A DNA stretch of 40,458 nucleotides from Candidatus Daviesbacteria bacterium (GTDB lineage Bacteria; Patescibacteriota; Microgenomatia; Daviesbacterales; UBA10151). Below the pieces are notes generated by a model. That model had not been told where the DNA came from. It saw nothing but the letters and a program-made list of their open reading frames with translations, and ran no database searches. Shown here piece after piece: positions 1 to 8,805 of this stretch (positions are counted from its first letter, which is position 1; every line of letters starts with the position of its first letter). The DNA is taken from assembly GCA_016183225.1 (NCBI GenBank), contig JACPEZ010000031.1, positions 1 through 40,458 on the forward strand. The letters are read 5' to 3'. Made by a program: the position numbers and the translations under genes.

Positions 1-125
1 ATGGCTTTATCATTCCCTTTGTCTAAAATTCTGTGTACAACATAGGGCGCGCTTTGATTTTCATCAATTTTTGCAAAATCCACATCCCAAAAGTATTGTT
101 TTAAAAAAATGGGTAGCTTTTTCAT
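1..125 (-). CDS. Partial small protein (MKKLPIFLKQYFWDVDFAKIDENQSAPYVVHRILDKGNDKA...), DUF6922-like putative antitoxin; runs off the window edge
   Basis: Translated by hand from ATG at 125 on the minus strand, with AGAGG upstream. The FWDVD...RIL..G pattern resembles small proteins usually paired with AbiEii-type nucleotidyltransferases. Not in the ORF track. Confidence 0.6.
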   Translation of the reverse strand, partial: MKKLPIFLKQYFWDVDFAKIDENQSAPYVVHRILDKGNDKA

Positions 126-134
126 AACCTCTGC

Positions 135-1253
135 TTATATTTTACCATAAAATAGCCTGTATTTGTAGGCCAGAAGGGGATCGGACAGGGCTGCGGCAGC
201 TATTTGGACCATGTCTGCGCCGGCTTTTAAGTATCTGTCCACATCTGCAGGCGTAATGATCCCGCCTCCGCCCAAAATCTCATATTTTAACCCTTCTTCT
301 TTTCTAATTTCATCCGCCCATTTAATGTGCTCCAGGGCGATAATCTGATCTGCCCTGCCGCAAACTCCGGAAATTTTTCTGCCGGGCAAAATCTCTTCTC
401 CTTTTTCACCCAAAACCGTCATGGCTATCGCATTTATTCCTGAAACATAGTCCAGGTTTTCTCCTGCAGCCACAAACACTTTTTTCATCTGCTGTTTTGA
501 TTTGTAAATTCCAAATTTAAATCCGCAGGGGAGAGCAGAAAATCTTTTCTTAAATTCTCTTAAAATACAGGCTACCAGTTTTTCATCCTGAAACATCTCA
601 CCCTCAACGCTATTCTCCGTCACATTGGGGCAGGCCAGATTAAATTCCAGAACTTGAGCTCCGGAAATGGCTGCAGCTGTCCCGGCCATCAACAAATCCA
701 GCGCCGCATCTTCCATGGTGGCGCCACTATGAAGTGTGGCTGTAACAGAACATCCCAAAAGCTGGCCCTCACCCACTCCCTTTTTTTGTTCTATTAGTTC
801 TTTGGTCCAGACTTCCATGGTCGGAGAAGGATTACCAAAAGAATTGGTCATGCACTGATATTTTTCCCAATCTGAATCTTCCATGGTAGCTTCCAGCTTT
901 TGATTTAAGTTTTCTCTGGCAATGGAATGATCCAGTTTGACAATGGCTATATTGGGGGCAGTATTTGATTTTCGCGGGATTGTTCTTCTGGTTTTTTCAA
1001 AAACCAGGCCATAGCCCATTTTGAAATAAAAATCAGTCCAGATTTTGGTAGAAGCAGGGCCGGCAGAAATGGCAATAGGGGAGACGAGCCTTTGGCCCAG
1101 GAATTGATATTTTTTTTCTTGAGGCAGGGGAGGAAACTTGCCCGATTTCCATATTGGTCCCTCTTTTATATTCTGTTCCCAGGATTTATGGATATCATAA
1201 ACAAAAACAGGCTGGTTTTTGGCAACAAAACTTTTTGGATCAGCTAATTTCAT
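135..1253 (-). CDS. pyrD: Dihydroorotate dehydrogenase-like FMN TIM-barrel protein (divergent class 1-like)
   Basis: Motifs ISAGPA, TNSFG, EFNLACPN (catalytic Cys), INAI, SG..G and GGGGI...GADMVQ; lies next to pyrC/E/F. Start moved from 1265 to 1253 because the predicted -10 box (TATGAT) overlaps the first ATG. Confidence 0.75.
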   Translation of the reverse strand: MKLADPKSFVAKNQPVFVYDIHKSWEQNIKEGPIWKSGKFPPLPQEKKYQFLGQRLVSPIAISAGPASTKIWTDFYFKMGYGLVFEKTRRTIPRKSNTAPNIAIVKLDHSIARENLNQKLEATMEDSDWEKYQCMTNSFGNPSPTMEVWTKELIEQKKGVGEGQLLGCSVTATLHSGATMEDAALDLLMAGTAAAISGAQVLEFNLACPNVTENSVEGEMFQDEKLVACILREFKKRFSALPCGFKFGIYKSKQQMKKVFVAAGENLDYVSGINAIAMTVLGEKGEEILPGRKISGVCGRADQIIALEHIKWADEIRKEEGLKYEILGGGGIITPADVDRYLKAGADMVQIAAAALSDPLLAYKYRLFYGKI

Positions 1254-1260
1254 CTTGGTA

Positions 1261-1311
1261 ATCATACACTATGAACATCCACTTGACAAATTATCTTTAT
1301 TGTAATACAAT
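1261..1311. promoter_or_regulatory. Back-to-back sigma70 promoters: + TTGACA(1283-1288)-17-TACAAT(1306-1311) for the TA pair; - TTGTCA-17-TATGAT for pyrD
   Basis: Consensus boxes with 17-bp spacers on both strands sharing TTGACAA. Inverted repeat TGTAA-N9-TTACA (1301-1319) overlaps the + strand -10 and is a likely operator. Confidence 0.7.
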
Positions 1312-1320
1312 TTGTTACAT

Positions 1321-1548
1321 ATGCAAATACAAAGAAGTATAATTAACATTTCCATGCCTCCTGCTATGGCCAAACGGGTTGAAAAATTGGCCAAAGAAGA
1401 GGATAGAACCATAAGCGAGCTGTTGCGGGAAGCTTTCCGCGTTTATGAGTTTAAGAGAGATTGGGCAAAAATCAGTGCTTGGGGAAGGGAAACCGCCCGT
1501 AAGATGAATATACGAACGTATGATGATGTCGAGAGAATTGCCGGATGA
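1321..1548 (+). CDS. CopG/ribbon-helix-helix antitoxin
   Basis: INISMP...VEKLAKEEDRTISELLREAFR RHH pattern; ATGA overlap with the PIN gene. ATG at 1321 preferred over TTG at 1312. Confidence 0.85.
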   Translation: MQIQRSIINISMPPAMAKRVEKLAKEEDRTISELLREAFRVYEFKRDWAKISAWGRETARKMNIRTYDDVERIAG

Positions 1549-1967
1549 GGATTGTTTTAGATACCAATGTTTATATTGGAGCAGCCCTTCAGGGTGAGTT
1601 AACAGAGGATATTTTAGAGGAGTTAGTTGAAAATCCGCAGTTTGAATTAATTGCTTCAGAGGAAATATTTCTTGAACTAGAACAAAAACTTCGGGAAAAA
1701 TTTCATTGGTCAAAAGAAAGAATTGAATTTTTCTTAAGGAAAATTAGAAAAATTGCTGAAATAGTAGAACCTACAGAGAGGGTAAATGTCATCACAAGAG
1801 ATCCTGAAGATAATAAAATTTTGGAATGTGCCATATCTGGAGATGCAGATTTGATAGTTACCCTTGATCAGGATTTAATAAAATTGAAAAAATATCAAGG
1901 TATTGGTATTATTCACCCCAAAACACTTTCCTGGACATTCCCGGAATATTTTAAGAAAGATAATTAA
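1545..1967 (+). CDS. PIN-domain toxin (putative TA toxin component)
   Basis: MRIVLDTNV...E...RDPEDNKILECA...ADLIVTLDQDL acidic PIN motifs. Confidence 0.9.
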   Translation: MRIVLDTNVYIGAALQGELTEDILEELVENPQFELIASEEIFLELEQKLREKFHWSKERIEFFLRKIRKIAEIVEPTERVNVITRDPEDNKILECAISGDADLIVTLDQDLIKLKKYQGIGIIHPKTLSWTFPEYFKKDN

Positions 1968-3013
1968 AGTGGAGAAATAACTTTGCCTCTTGGATTTCCT
2001 ATAATTTCTCCATCTTTAAAAATTGTTTGTCCGCGCAAGACTACCCTTTTTACTTTACCCTTTACCCTTTTCCCTTGAAATGGGGTCCATTTGCATTTGG
2101 TATACAAGCGTCTAGCGTATAGCGTATAGCGGATAGTTGGATCAATTTCAACAAAAGTATCTTTTTGAACAGGAATATTAAAGATTTTAGCAGGATTGGT
2201 GTGGCAGAGGCGGATGATATCTTCTATGGTCAGTTTGCCTTCATACGCTGCTGTTAAGAGCAGGGGGAGGGTAGTTTCCAGGCCTGGAACCCCATTTGGT
2301 GGGTTTGGTCCCAATTTTTCTTCTTTGGTATGAGGAGCATGGTCAGAAGCAATCATGTCAATTGTTCTGTCTGCTATTGCCTTCCATAAGACATCCGGAT
2401 TTTCAAGCGGTGGCCTCATCATGCCAAACACACCCAGTCTTTTTGCATCATTTTTAGTTAAAAAAAGATGATGTGCGGTTACCTCACAACTTATACTCAA
2501 TCCTTGTACTTTTGCTTGTTGTATCAATCTAATCTCACTTGCTAAGCTCACATGGCAAACGTGTAATTTGTTGTTATTTTTGCGCGCCAGATCTATTGCT
2601 TTTTGTAAAGTTTCTCCTTCGGCATGTACCATTAAAACCTTATCTTTTGGCCATTTTTCAAAAATAATTTGCAGGATTTTTGGATCTTCCTGAAGTAAAG
2701 TGCCTGTGGTGTGATTCATATAAACTTTTAATCCAAAAACCTTATCTTTAATCTGCTGAAAATATTGGCTGGAATTTATGGTTGCCCCAAAATGGAACCC
2801 AACATCGGAGTAAATTCGTTTCGTCGCGAGGTTAATTTTGCGCTGGAGAGCCCCCGGGGTAATCGTCGGCTCGGGATTATTGGGCATGTCCAGGACAGTG
2901 GTGTAGCCTCCGGCTACGGCGGCTGAAGTGCCTGTTTCAAAATCCTCTTTGTGCGTAGCCCCGGGTTCTCTAAGGTGTACATGCGTATCAATAAGTCCCG
3001 GAAGAGTAATCAT
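1964..3013 (-). CDS. pyrC: Dihydroorotase
   Basis: PGLIDTHVHLREPG, DMPNN, VHAE, HVCHVS, CEVTAHHL, ASDHAPH. Confidence 0.95.
   Translation of the reverse strand: MITLPGLIDTHVHLREPGATHKEDFETGTSAAVAGGYTTVLDMPNNPEPTITPGALQRKINLATKRIYSDVGFHFGATINSSQYFQQIKDKVFGLKVYMNHTTGTLLQEDPKILQIIFEKWPKDKVLMVHAEGETLQKAIDLARKNNNKLHVCHVSLASEIRLIQQAKVQGLSISCEVTAHHLFLTKNDAKRLGVFGMMRPPLENPDVLWKAIADRTIDMIASDHAPHTKEEKLGPNPPNGVPGLETTLPLLLTAAYEGKLTIEDIIRLCHTNPAKIFNIPVQKDTFVEIDPTIRYTLYARRLYTKCKWTPFQGKRVKGKVKRVVLRGQTIFKDGEIIGNPRGKVISPL
2107..2136. repeat. Four degenerate heptamers (AGCGTCT AGCGTAT AGCGTAT AGCGGAT) inside pyrC
   Basis: Read directly; encodes TIRYTLYARRL on the minus strand. Confidence 0.7.
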
Positions 3014-3678
3014 GAGTAGTCAACGCTTCTGACCTGCTCCGGTTTGAATTTGGCAGTCCAGGCCCAGGGATCTTTTTGCCAGCCCAACACCACTTCTTTT
3101 TCATTTTCCTGCAAAAGACCCATTTCTACAGCCGTATTAACCAATTCTTCAAACGAAGTTAAAGTATAAAGAGTGACTTTTTTTCCCTGATATTTCTCTT
3201 TTGCTTCTTTAAATCCATAATCCAAAAAAGCGAGACATGTATTAACTTGTCCTCCTTCGGCTCTGATGGCATCAATTGCCGCAAGAGAGCTTTTGCCGGT
3301 GGTGATTAAATCCTCAATCAGCAAGACTTTGGCTCCTTTTTTCATTACACCTTCCACTTGTCTGCCTTTGCCGTGATCTTTGGTGTTACCCCGGACATAA
3401 ATCATGGGCAGCTCAAGCAGTTCTGCCAGCCAGGCGGCCGGAGGAATTCCGGCAGTGGAGGTGCCGGCAATTATCTCCGGAGCAAGCCCTTTCTCCTTCA
3501 TTAAATTAGCCATAAAACCTGTGATTTCTTTTCTTTTTAAGGGGTATCCCATCAAAAGTCTGTTGTCAGTATAAATCGGGGAATACATGCCGGAAACAAA
3601 TTTATATGGGGTTTTAGGGGATAGAGTGACTGCTTTAATTCTTAAAAGCATTCTGGCAACCTGTTGGGCAATATTCAT
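3010..3678 (-). CDS. pyrE: Orotate phosphoribosyltransferase
   Basis: SGMYSPIYTDNR, YVRGNTKDHG, PRPP loop LIEDLITTGKS. Confidence 0.95.
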   Translation of the reverse strand: MNIAQQVARMLLRIKAVTLSPKTPYKFVSGMYSPIYTDNRLLMGYPLKRKEITGFMANLMKEKGLAPEIIAGTSTAGIPPAAWLAELLELPMIYVRGNTKDHGKGRQVEGVMKKGAKVLLIEDLITTGKSSLAAIDAIRAEGGQVNTCLAFLDYGFKEAKEKYQGKKVTLYTLTSFEELVNTAVEMGLLQENEKEVVLGWQKDPWAWTAKFKPEQVRSVDYS

Positions 3679-4397
3679 TTTAATGCCTCCTTTATCTTAT
3701 GATCCAAACTTAAAGCAGCCTCTTTTGGGTTAGGAGCAAAAATAATGCCGCGGGAAGAGTTGATAATTATTCCCTGCCCCTGACTATTTACGCCTGCTTT
3801 GACTGTTTCTTTCAAATCTCCTCCTTGAGCCCCTATTCCCGGAATAAGAATTGGCATATCGCCGACAATTTCCCTGACTTTTTTCAGTTCTTTTGGATAA
3901 GTTGCGCCTGCTACAACTGCTAAATTTCCATTTTTATTCCAGGTAACAACATGTTCTGCAATAATCTTAAAAATAAGGTCCTGGAATTCTCCTGCTCCCG
4001 GATTGGAAGTTTTAACCAAAACAAAAATTCCTTTATCCGCCCGATCCAAAAATGGCTGAAGAGATTTTCCGCCCAGATACGGATTAACCGTGACCGCGTC
4101 TGCCCCCAGATCATCAAAAATAGCCTTAACATAAGCCTTGTTGGTATTTTCCACGTCTCCGCGCTTGGCATCTAAAATTATGGGAATATCCGGGTGATTT
4201 GCTTTAATATAATCAACGGTTTTTTGCAACTCTGCCTCTTTATAAAAAGCCGCGTTGGGTTTATAGCTGCAGACTAAATCAAAAGTCTGGTCAATGATTT
4301 TTTTGTCAAATGTGAAACTCCCCTGATCCAGCCCCACACAAACAAATTTCCCCTCATCCCATTTAGCTTTTAATTTACCCAAAAAGCTTTTAGCCAT
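3675..4397 (-). CDS. pyrF: Orotidine-5'-phosphate decarboxylase
   Basis: VCVGLD, YKPN, ILDAKRGD, TVNPYLG, KTSNPG, LIPGIGAQGG, NSSRGI. Confidence 0.95.
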   Translation of the reverse strand: MAKSFLGKLKAKWDEGKFVCVGLDQGSFTFDKKIIDQTFDLVCSYKPNAAFYKEAELQKTVDYIKANHPDIPIILDAKRGDVENTNKAYVKAIFDDLGADAVTVNPYLGGKSLQPFLDRADKGIFVLVKTSNPGAGEFQDLIFKIIAEHVVTWNKNGNLAVVAGATYPKELKKVREIVGDMPILIPGIGAQGGDLKETVKAGVNSQGQGIIINSSRGIIFAPNPKEAALSLDHKIKEALK

Positions 4398-4403
4398 AAA
4401 TTC

Positions 4404-4454
4404 ATTCTACTACAGCCCGAGGTACTTGACAACTTCCTTAAATTGTAGTAAAAT
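4404..4454. promoter_or_regulatory. Back-to-back promoters: + TTGACA(4426-4431)-17-TAAAAT(4449-4454) for the TA pair; - TTGTCA-17-TAGAAT, 6 nt before the pyrF ATG
   Basis: Consensus boxes with 17-bp spacers on both strands sharing the TTGACAA core. Confidence 0.75.
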
Positions 4455-4463
4455 ATTACTAGT

Positions 4464-4769
4464 ATGAAAGTAGGATTTTTTACCGAATCAAATGCCAAAG
4501 GGCAGATAGTGATCCCCAAAAAGTTAAGAGACAATCTGGGAATTACCCAGGATACCCTCTTGCAAATTGTTCCACGAGGGGAAGGAATTTATATTTATCC
4601 CATTGAAGGGGTGTTAATCAAATCAGAAGGTGATGATAATCAGGGTGCGTATTTAGAATTGCTGAAAAAAACTCAAGGCATTTTAGGTTCAAAGCCGTAT
4701 TATAAAAATGACAGACTAAGAAGAAAGATTGAACTTAGAGCTTCTGCGAAAAGGAAAGCAGTATGGTAA
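4464..4769 (+). CDS. AbrB/MazE/SpoVT-family antitoxin
   Basis: NAKGQIVIPKKLRDNLGI swapped-hairpin motif; overlaps the PIN gene. Confidence 0.9.
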   Translation: MKVGFFTESNAKGQIVIPKKLRDNLGITQDTLLQIVPRGEGIYIYPIEGVLIKSEGDDNQGAYLELLKKTQGILGSKPYYKNDRLRRKIELRASAKRKAVW

Positions 4770-5143
4770 TTCTGGATACTAATATAATTATTGACCATTT
4801 ACGTCAACATGCCTCCAGAGATTCTTTGTTAAGCAAATTACTTCATACGGTTAAGTTAGATGAAATAGCTATTTCGATGATTACTATTCAGGAGCTTTTT
4901 GCGGGTCAAAGCACCAAAGATGAAGAGATTTTAAAGCAGATTTTGGCAATTTTGGCTCCGTTTAGAGTTTTACCGTACACTTGGGAGGTAGCAAGGATGG
5001 CAGGAGAAATAGATAGAGACCAGAAAAGGCCTGTTTCATTTGCCGATGTGGCCATTGCCGCCACCGCTATTATCAATGGCGCCCGGTTTTTTACTCTTGA
5101 TAAAAAAGATTTTCAAAACATTAAAGACCTGGAACTTTTTTAA
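4763..5143 (+). CDS. vapC: VapC-family PIN toxin
   Basis: ILDTNIIID, ISMITIQEL..G, SFADVAIAATA, TLDKKDF. Confidence 0.9.
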   Translation: MVILDTNIIIDHLRQHASRDSLLSKLLHTVKLDEIAISMITIQELFAGQSTKDEEILKQILAILAPFRVLPYTWEVARMAGEIDRDQKRPVSFADVAIAATAIINGARFFTLDKKDFQNIKDLELF

Positions 5144-5188
5144 GAAATAGTCTAGGATTATCCGGCGAAATTTGGTATATTGTGAGGC

Positions 5189-5980
5189 GTGATAAAAGCT
5201 ATCCCCAATTTAAGGCTTTTTTTAACCCTGCTTTTTTTAAGTTTGCTGATTTTTTCTCTGGATAGCCTCCATTTTCTGGATTTTATCAAGAGACCTCTTT
5301 TTTATGTAACAAATCCCATTTCTTTTGGTCTTTATTCCACCAGACAGCAAATCGGGCGGCAATTTGAGTTTATTTTTGAAGCCCGGCAGGCTGCCCGGGA
5401 AAACAAGGCTTTAAAAGAACAAATGGGTGACCTTTTATCGGAAAATGCTCTCTTGCGGAAAAAACTGGCTGAAACTGAAGCCCTTGTTGCCCAGGAGCAA
5501 TATCTTGACCCCAAAATCTACAATTTAATACCTGCGCGGCCAACTGGCCTTTTCCGGTATTTAAGGATTGATAAAGGAGAAGACGACGGTATTAAAGCCG
5601 GCCAGGCCGTGGTTTTTAAGGATAACTTTATCGGCAAAGTAGTAGAGATTTCAGCCCAAGCCGCCAATATCCGGCTTTTATCCGACCCTGATTCCAAAGT
5701 AGCTGCTTTTTCCCAGGGACTTTCCGGCAAAGCAAGAGGGGTTTTAGTAGGCCAGTTTGGTACGGATTTTCTGTTTGACAAGATCCTGCATGAGGAACAA
5801 ATTCAGGTAGGAGATTTGGTTTACAGCGAGGGCACTGAAGGATATTTGCCCAGGGGTTTGATTTTGGGAAGAGTCAAGCAGGTGATGGAGCGGGAAAATG
5901 AAGTTTTCAAACAGGCCAAAGTGGAGCCGGTTTTTAGTTTAAGGGATCTGGATCTGGTATTTGTGATGGGAGATTTATGA
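5189..5980 (+). CDS. mreC: Rod shape-determining protein MreC
   Basis: N-terminal TM, coiled coil, IDKGEDDGIK.G..V, IGKVVE, LPRGLILGRV; precedes mreD and PBP2. Confidence 0.9.
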   Translation: MIKAIPNLRLFLTLLFLSLLIFSLDSLHFLDFIKRPLFYVTNPISFGLYSTRQQIGRQFEFIFEARQAARENKALKEQMGDLLSENALLRKKLAETEALVAQEQYLDPKIYNLIPARPTGLFRYLRIDKGEDDGIKAGQAVVFKDNFIGKVVEISAQAANIRLLSDPDSKVAAFSQGLSGKARGVLVGQFGTDFLFDKILHEEQIQVGDLVYSEGTEGYLPRGLILGRVKQVMERENEVFKQAKVEPVFSLRDLDLVFVMGDL

Positions 5981-6387
5981 AAATTTTAGTTATCCTACTT
6001 TTTATAGCATCTTTTCTTCAGGCTTCTGTTTTGCCGTTAAATTTAGTTTTAATAATTTTAATTTGCAGGGCATATCTTAAGGCGCAAAAATCCAATCTGT
6101 ATCTGGCCTTTTTCTTCGGGCTGCTAATTTCTCATTTAACACTGACCCCTTTGGGAGAAAAAAGCCTTGTTTATTTGGTATTTATGCAGATCATCCATGT
6201 TTTGTCAAAGTCGCGTCTGGCCGGACACCCCTTTTTGATATGGCCTTTAACTTTTATTTTGGTGCTGGCTGACAGCGGTTTATCAAGCGCTCTTTGGGCG
6301 GCTTTTGTAGCTTTGCCTGTTTTTTATTCCTTAAAGATTTGGGAGGAAAGATTTATTCCCGCCAAAGAAATTAAACTGCGCATATGA
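5977..6387 (+). CDS. mreD: MreD-like integral membrane protein
   Basis: Very hydrophobic, AFFFGLL motif, located between mreC and mrdA. Confidence 0.65.
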   Translation: MKILVILLFIASFLQASVLPLNLVLIILICRAYLKAQKSNLYLAFFFGLLISHLTLTPLGEKSLVYLVFMQIIHVLSKSRLAGHPFLIWPLTFILVLADSGLSSALWAAFVALPVFYSLKIWEERFIPAKEIKLRI

Positions 6388-8162
6388 GAAAAAAACGCCT
6401 GTCACCTGATACGGCATCAAACTGGAAAGATCGTCTGCTGCCTAATTTTAATCCTGATACTTTGGATTTTGACAAAAGCCCCTGGATCACAGTTGCTTTT
6501 TTAATTTTGACTCTGGTTTCCTTTTTCATTGTACTTTTGCGGCTTGTGTCCCTGCAAATAGTCAGGGGTAGCGTGAACAGAAACCTGGCTGATGGAAACC
6601 GCATTCAAGTTAAAATTATCCATGCTCCCAGAGGTGTAATTTATGATCGAAACAATAAAATTCTGGCAGCCAATTCCCCGGCCTTTCGCCTGTTTGACCC
6701 CGATACCAAAAAAGCAAGACTGGTTACTCGTGAAGAGGCCCTGGAGCTGGAGGTAAAAAATGCTCCGCCAGAGGCGAGACTGGAAGTGGATAATGTCCGG
6801 ACTTACCCTTACGGGGAAAAACTGGCTCACGTCTTAGGCTATGTGGGAGAGATTTCGGAAGAAGTGCTCAAAGATGCCAAATTTGCCGATTACAGAATCG
6901 GGGATAGAGTTGGCCTTTCCGGCATTGAGGCTCAATACGAGTCGGTTCTCCGGGGCAAAGACGGCGGAGAGATTATTGAAGTGGATTCCCAGAATAATAA
7001 GCTGCGGACGCTTCGTAAACAGGCGCCAAGCCCGGGGCAAAACATTTATTTAAACATTAATGCCTCCCTGCAGGAGAAAGTTTTTGAGGAACTTTCTTTA
7101 GCAGCGCAAAAGGCAGGCAGCTGTTGCGGCGCAGTCATTGTCCAGGATCCTGCTTCGGGTCAAATACTGGCTTTGGTGTCTTTGCCCTCTTTTGACCCCA
7201 ATGTTTTTACCAAATTGCAGGATGAAGCTCAAATCAGGGAGATTTTAGATCAGCCCGATGCCCCGATTTTAAACCGGGCCATTGCCGGCGTCTATCCTCC
7301 GGGTTCAACTTTTAAAATCATCTCCGCCATTGCCCTTCTCACAAGCGGCAAGATTACTTCCCAAACAGAATTTTTTGACACCGGTGAAATTTATCTGGGC
7401 GCTTTCAGATTTTCCAACTGGTACTTTAATCAATACGGTAAAACCGAAGGTCAGGTTAATCTGGTCAAGGCCCTCAAGCGTTCCACAGACACTTATTTTT
7501 ATCGGGCGGCTCAAATTGTAGGCCTGGATCCTTTAATTTCCTGGGCCAGGAAGCTGCGTTTGGGAGAAAAAGTAGGCATAGATATTCCCGCAGAAGTTAC
7601 TGGTCTGGTGCCGGACGGAACCTGGAAACTGCAAAACAAAGGAGAGATTTGGTATCCGGGAGACACTCTGCATCTTTCCATTGGCCAGGGTTTTATTTTG
7701 ACAACTCCTTTGCAAATTTTAAACATAACCTCATTTGTGGCCAACAATGGGGTAATTTTTCAACCAAGACTGTTGCAATCTTTGAAAAAAGAGGTTCTGG
7801 TGAAAGATGTTATTTCCCCGGAGCAGCTTAATCCCATCAAACAGGGTTTGACGCAGGTAACCAAAGCAGGGGGTACTGCCTGGCCGTTTTTTACTTTTCC
7901 CATTCAAACAGCCGGCAAAACCGGAACGGCAGAATATGGAGATCCGAAGGGCAGGACCCATGCCTGGTACACTGCCTATGCTCCGGCCGACGATCCCAAA
8001 ATTGCCATGACAGTGTTAATTGAGGGGGGAGGAGAAGGTTCATCCGTGGCAGCTCCGGTGATAAAGGAAACTTTCCGCTGGTTTTTTTCTCCTGATAAAA
8101 ATAAATTAATACAAGATGTTTACACTCCTGCCACAGAGTCTGGTAAAACTTTGGGAGAGTAA
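6384..8162 (+). CDS. mrdA: Penicillin-binding protein 2 (class B transpeptidase)
   Basis: APRGVIYDRN, RTYPYG, PGSTFK (SxxK), STD in place of SxN, AGKTGTAE. Confidence 0.93.
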   Translation: MRKKRLSPDTASNWKDRLLPNFNPDTLDFDKSPWITVAFLILTLVSFFIVLLRLVSLQIVRGSVNRNLADGNRIQVKIIHAPRGVIYDRNNKILAANSPAFRLFDPDTKKARLVTREEALELEVKNAPPEARLEVDNVRTYPYGEKLAHVLGYVGEISEEVLKDAKFADYRIGDRVGLSGIEAQYESVLRGKDGGEIIEVDSQNNKLRTLRKQAPSPGQNIYLNINASLQEKVFEELSLAAQKAGSCCGAVIVQDPASGQILALVSLPSFDPNVFTKLQDEAQIREILDQPDAPILNRAIAGVYPPGSTFKIISAIALLTSGKITSQTEFFDTGEIYLGAFRFSNWYFNQYGKTEGQVNLVKALKRSTDTYFYRAAQIVGLDPLISWARKLRLGEKVGIDIPAEVTGLVPDGTWKLQNKGEIWYPGDTLHLSIGQGFILTTPLQILNITSFVANNGVIFQPRLLQSLKKEVLVKDVISPEQLNPIKQGLTQVTKAGGTAWPFFTFPIQTAGKTGTAEYGDPKGRTHAWYTAYAPADDPKIAMTVLIEGGGEGSSVAAPVIKETFRWFFSPDKNKLIQDVYTPATESGKTLGE

Positions 8163-8166
8163 ATCC

Positions 8167-8197
8167 TTGACAAATTGTTTCCGATCGTGAATAAAAT
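8167..8197 (+). promoter_or_regulatory. Promoter TTGACA(8167-8172)...TAAAAT(8192-8197) with a palindromic operator in the spacer
   Basis: Both boxes are near consensus but the spacer is 19 bp; ATG follows 6 nt after the -10. Confidence 0.55.
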
Positions 8198-8199
8198 GA
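8172..8199. repeat. Copy 1 of a ~28-bp repeat with palindromic core TGTTTCCGATCGTGAATA
   Basis: AAATTGTTTCCGATCGTGAATAAAATGA versus copy 2 AAAATGTTTCCGATCGAAAACAAAATGA. Confidence 0.85.
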
Positions 8200-8203
8200 T
8201 TAT

Positions 8204-8707
8204 ATGGGAACTAAAAAAAGTTTAACTAACTTTCTTCTTCTCACGCTTGAGAAATCCATAGATGGATATATCAGGTTTGACCATTTTGTCAATAAACCAC
8301 ATCTTTATGCTCACTACGGTTGGTGGGACAGACCTTTGAAGAAATCGGCTCTGGCACTTGCTTTGAAACGGTTGAGAGAAAATGGTTTAGTTGAGTTAAT
8401 TGATGATAGGGAATTGATTGTTAGGTTAACAGATAACGGAAGGGATAAAGCTCTTTGGACAAAGATGAGACTCAATGATGAAAAATGGGATGGGAAATGG
8501 AGATTGGTTATCTGGGATATTCCGGAAAAAAGAAGAGTAGCCCGTGATTTATTAAGGCATAAGCTTAAATGGTTGGGTTTTAGGAAATTGCAGAAAAGCG
8601 TGTGGATAACCAAGAAAAATTGTACGCAGGTTTTGAGAGATTTCATAAAAAAGATGGGGATAAGGGATTGGGTGGTAGTAATTGAATCGGACAATGTGGA
8701 TTTCTAA
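8204..8707 (+). CDS. PaaX-like protein: N-terminal wHTH-like segment plus Cas2-like ferredoxin domain
   Basis: ALKRLRENGLVE...RLTDNG (wHTH wing); KWDGKWRLVIWDIPEKRRVARDLLRHKLKWLGFRKLQKSVWI (PaaX central/Cas2-like). Confidence 0.85.
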   Translation: MGTKKSLTNFLLLTLEKSIDGYIRFDHFVNKPHLYAHYGWWDRPLKKSALALALKRLRENGLVELIDDRELIVRLTDNGRDKALWTKMRLNDEKWDGKWRLVIWDIPEKRRVARDLLRHKLKWLGFRKLQKSVWITKKNCTQVLRDFIKKMGIRDWVVVIESDNVDF

Positions 8708-8709
8708 TC

Positions 8710-8737
8710 AAAATGTTTCCGATCGAAAACAAAATGA
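8710..8737. repeat. Copy 2 of the ~28-bp repeat; near-perfect palindrome TGTTTCCGATCGAAAACA (8714-8731)
   Basis: Starts 3 nt after the stop codon of the PaaX-like gene. Confidence 0.85.
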
Positions 8738-8805
8738 ATAATAATCAAACATAAAACTTAAAATCTTACTTACATTATCTTTTGTTTTTTGAGATAATAG
8801 TTTTA

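Noticed and set aside
6764-6776. TCCGCCAGAGGCG in mrdA as another REP-like copy (also CCCTGGCAGGCGGAGAGGCAGGG in topA near 13714)
   Set aside because: Too short or degenerate to distinguish from chance without a genome-wide count
8172-8737. CRISPR-Cas locus (Cas2-like gene with palindromic ~28-bp repeats)
   Set aside because: Only two repeats ~540 bp apart, no spacer-sized intervals, and no cas1 or effector genes
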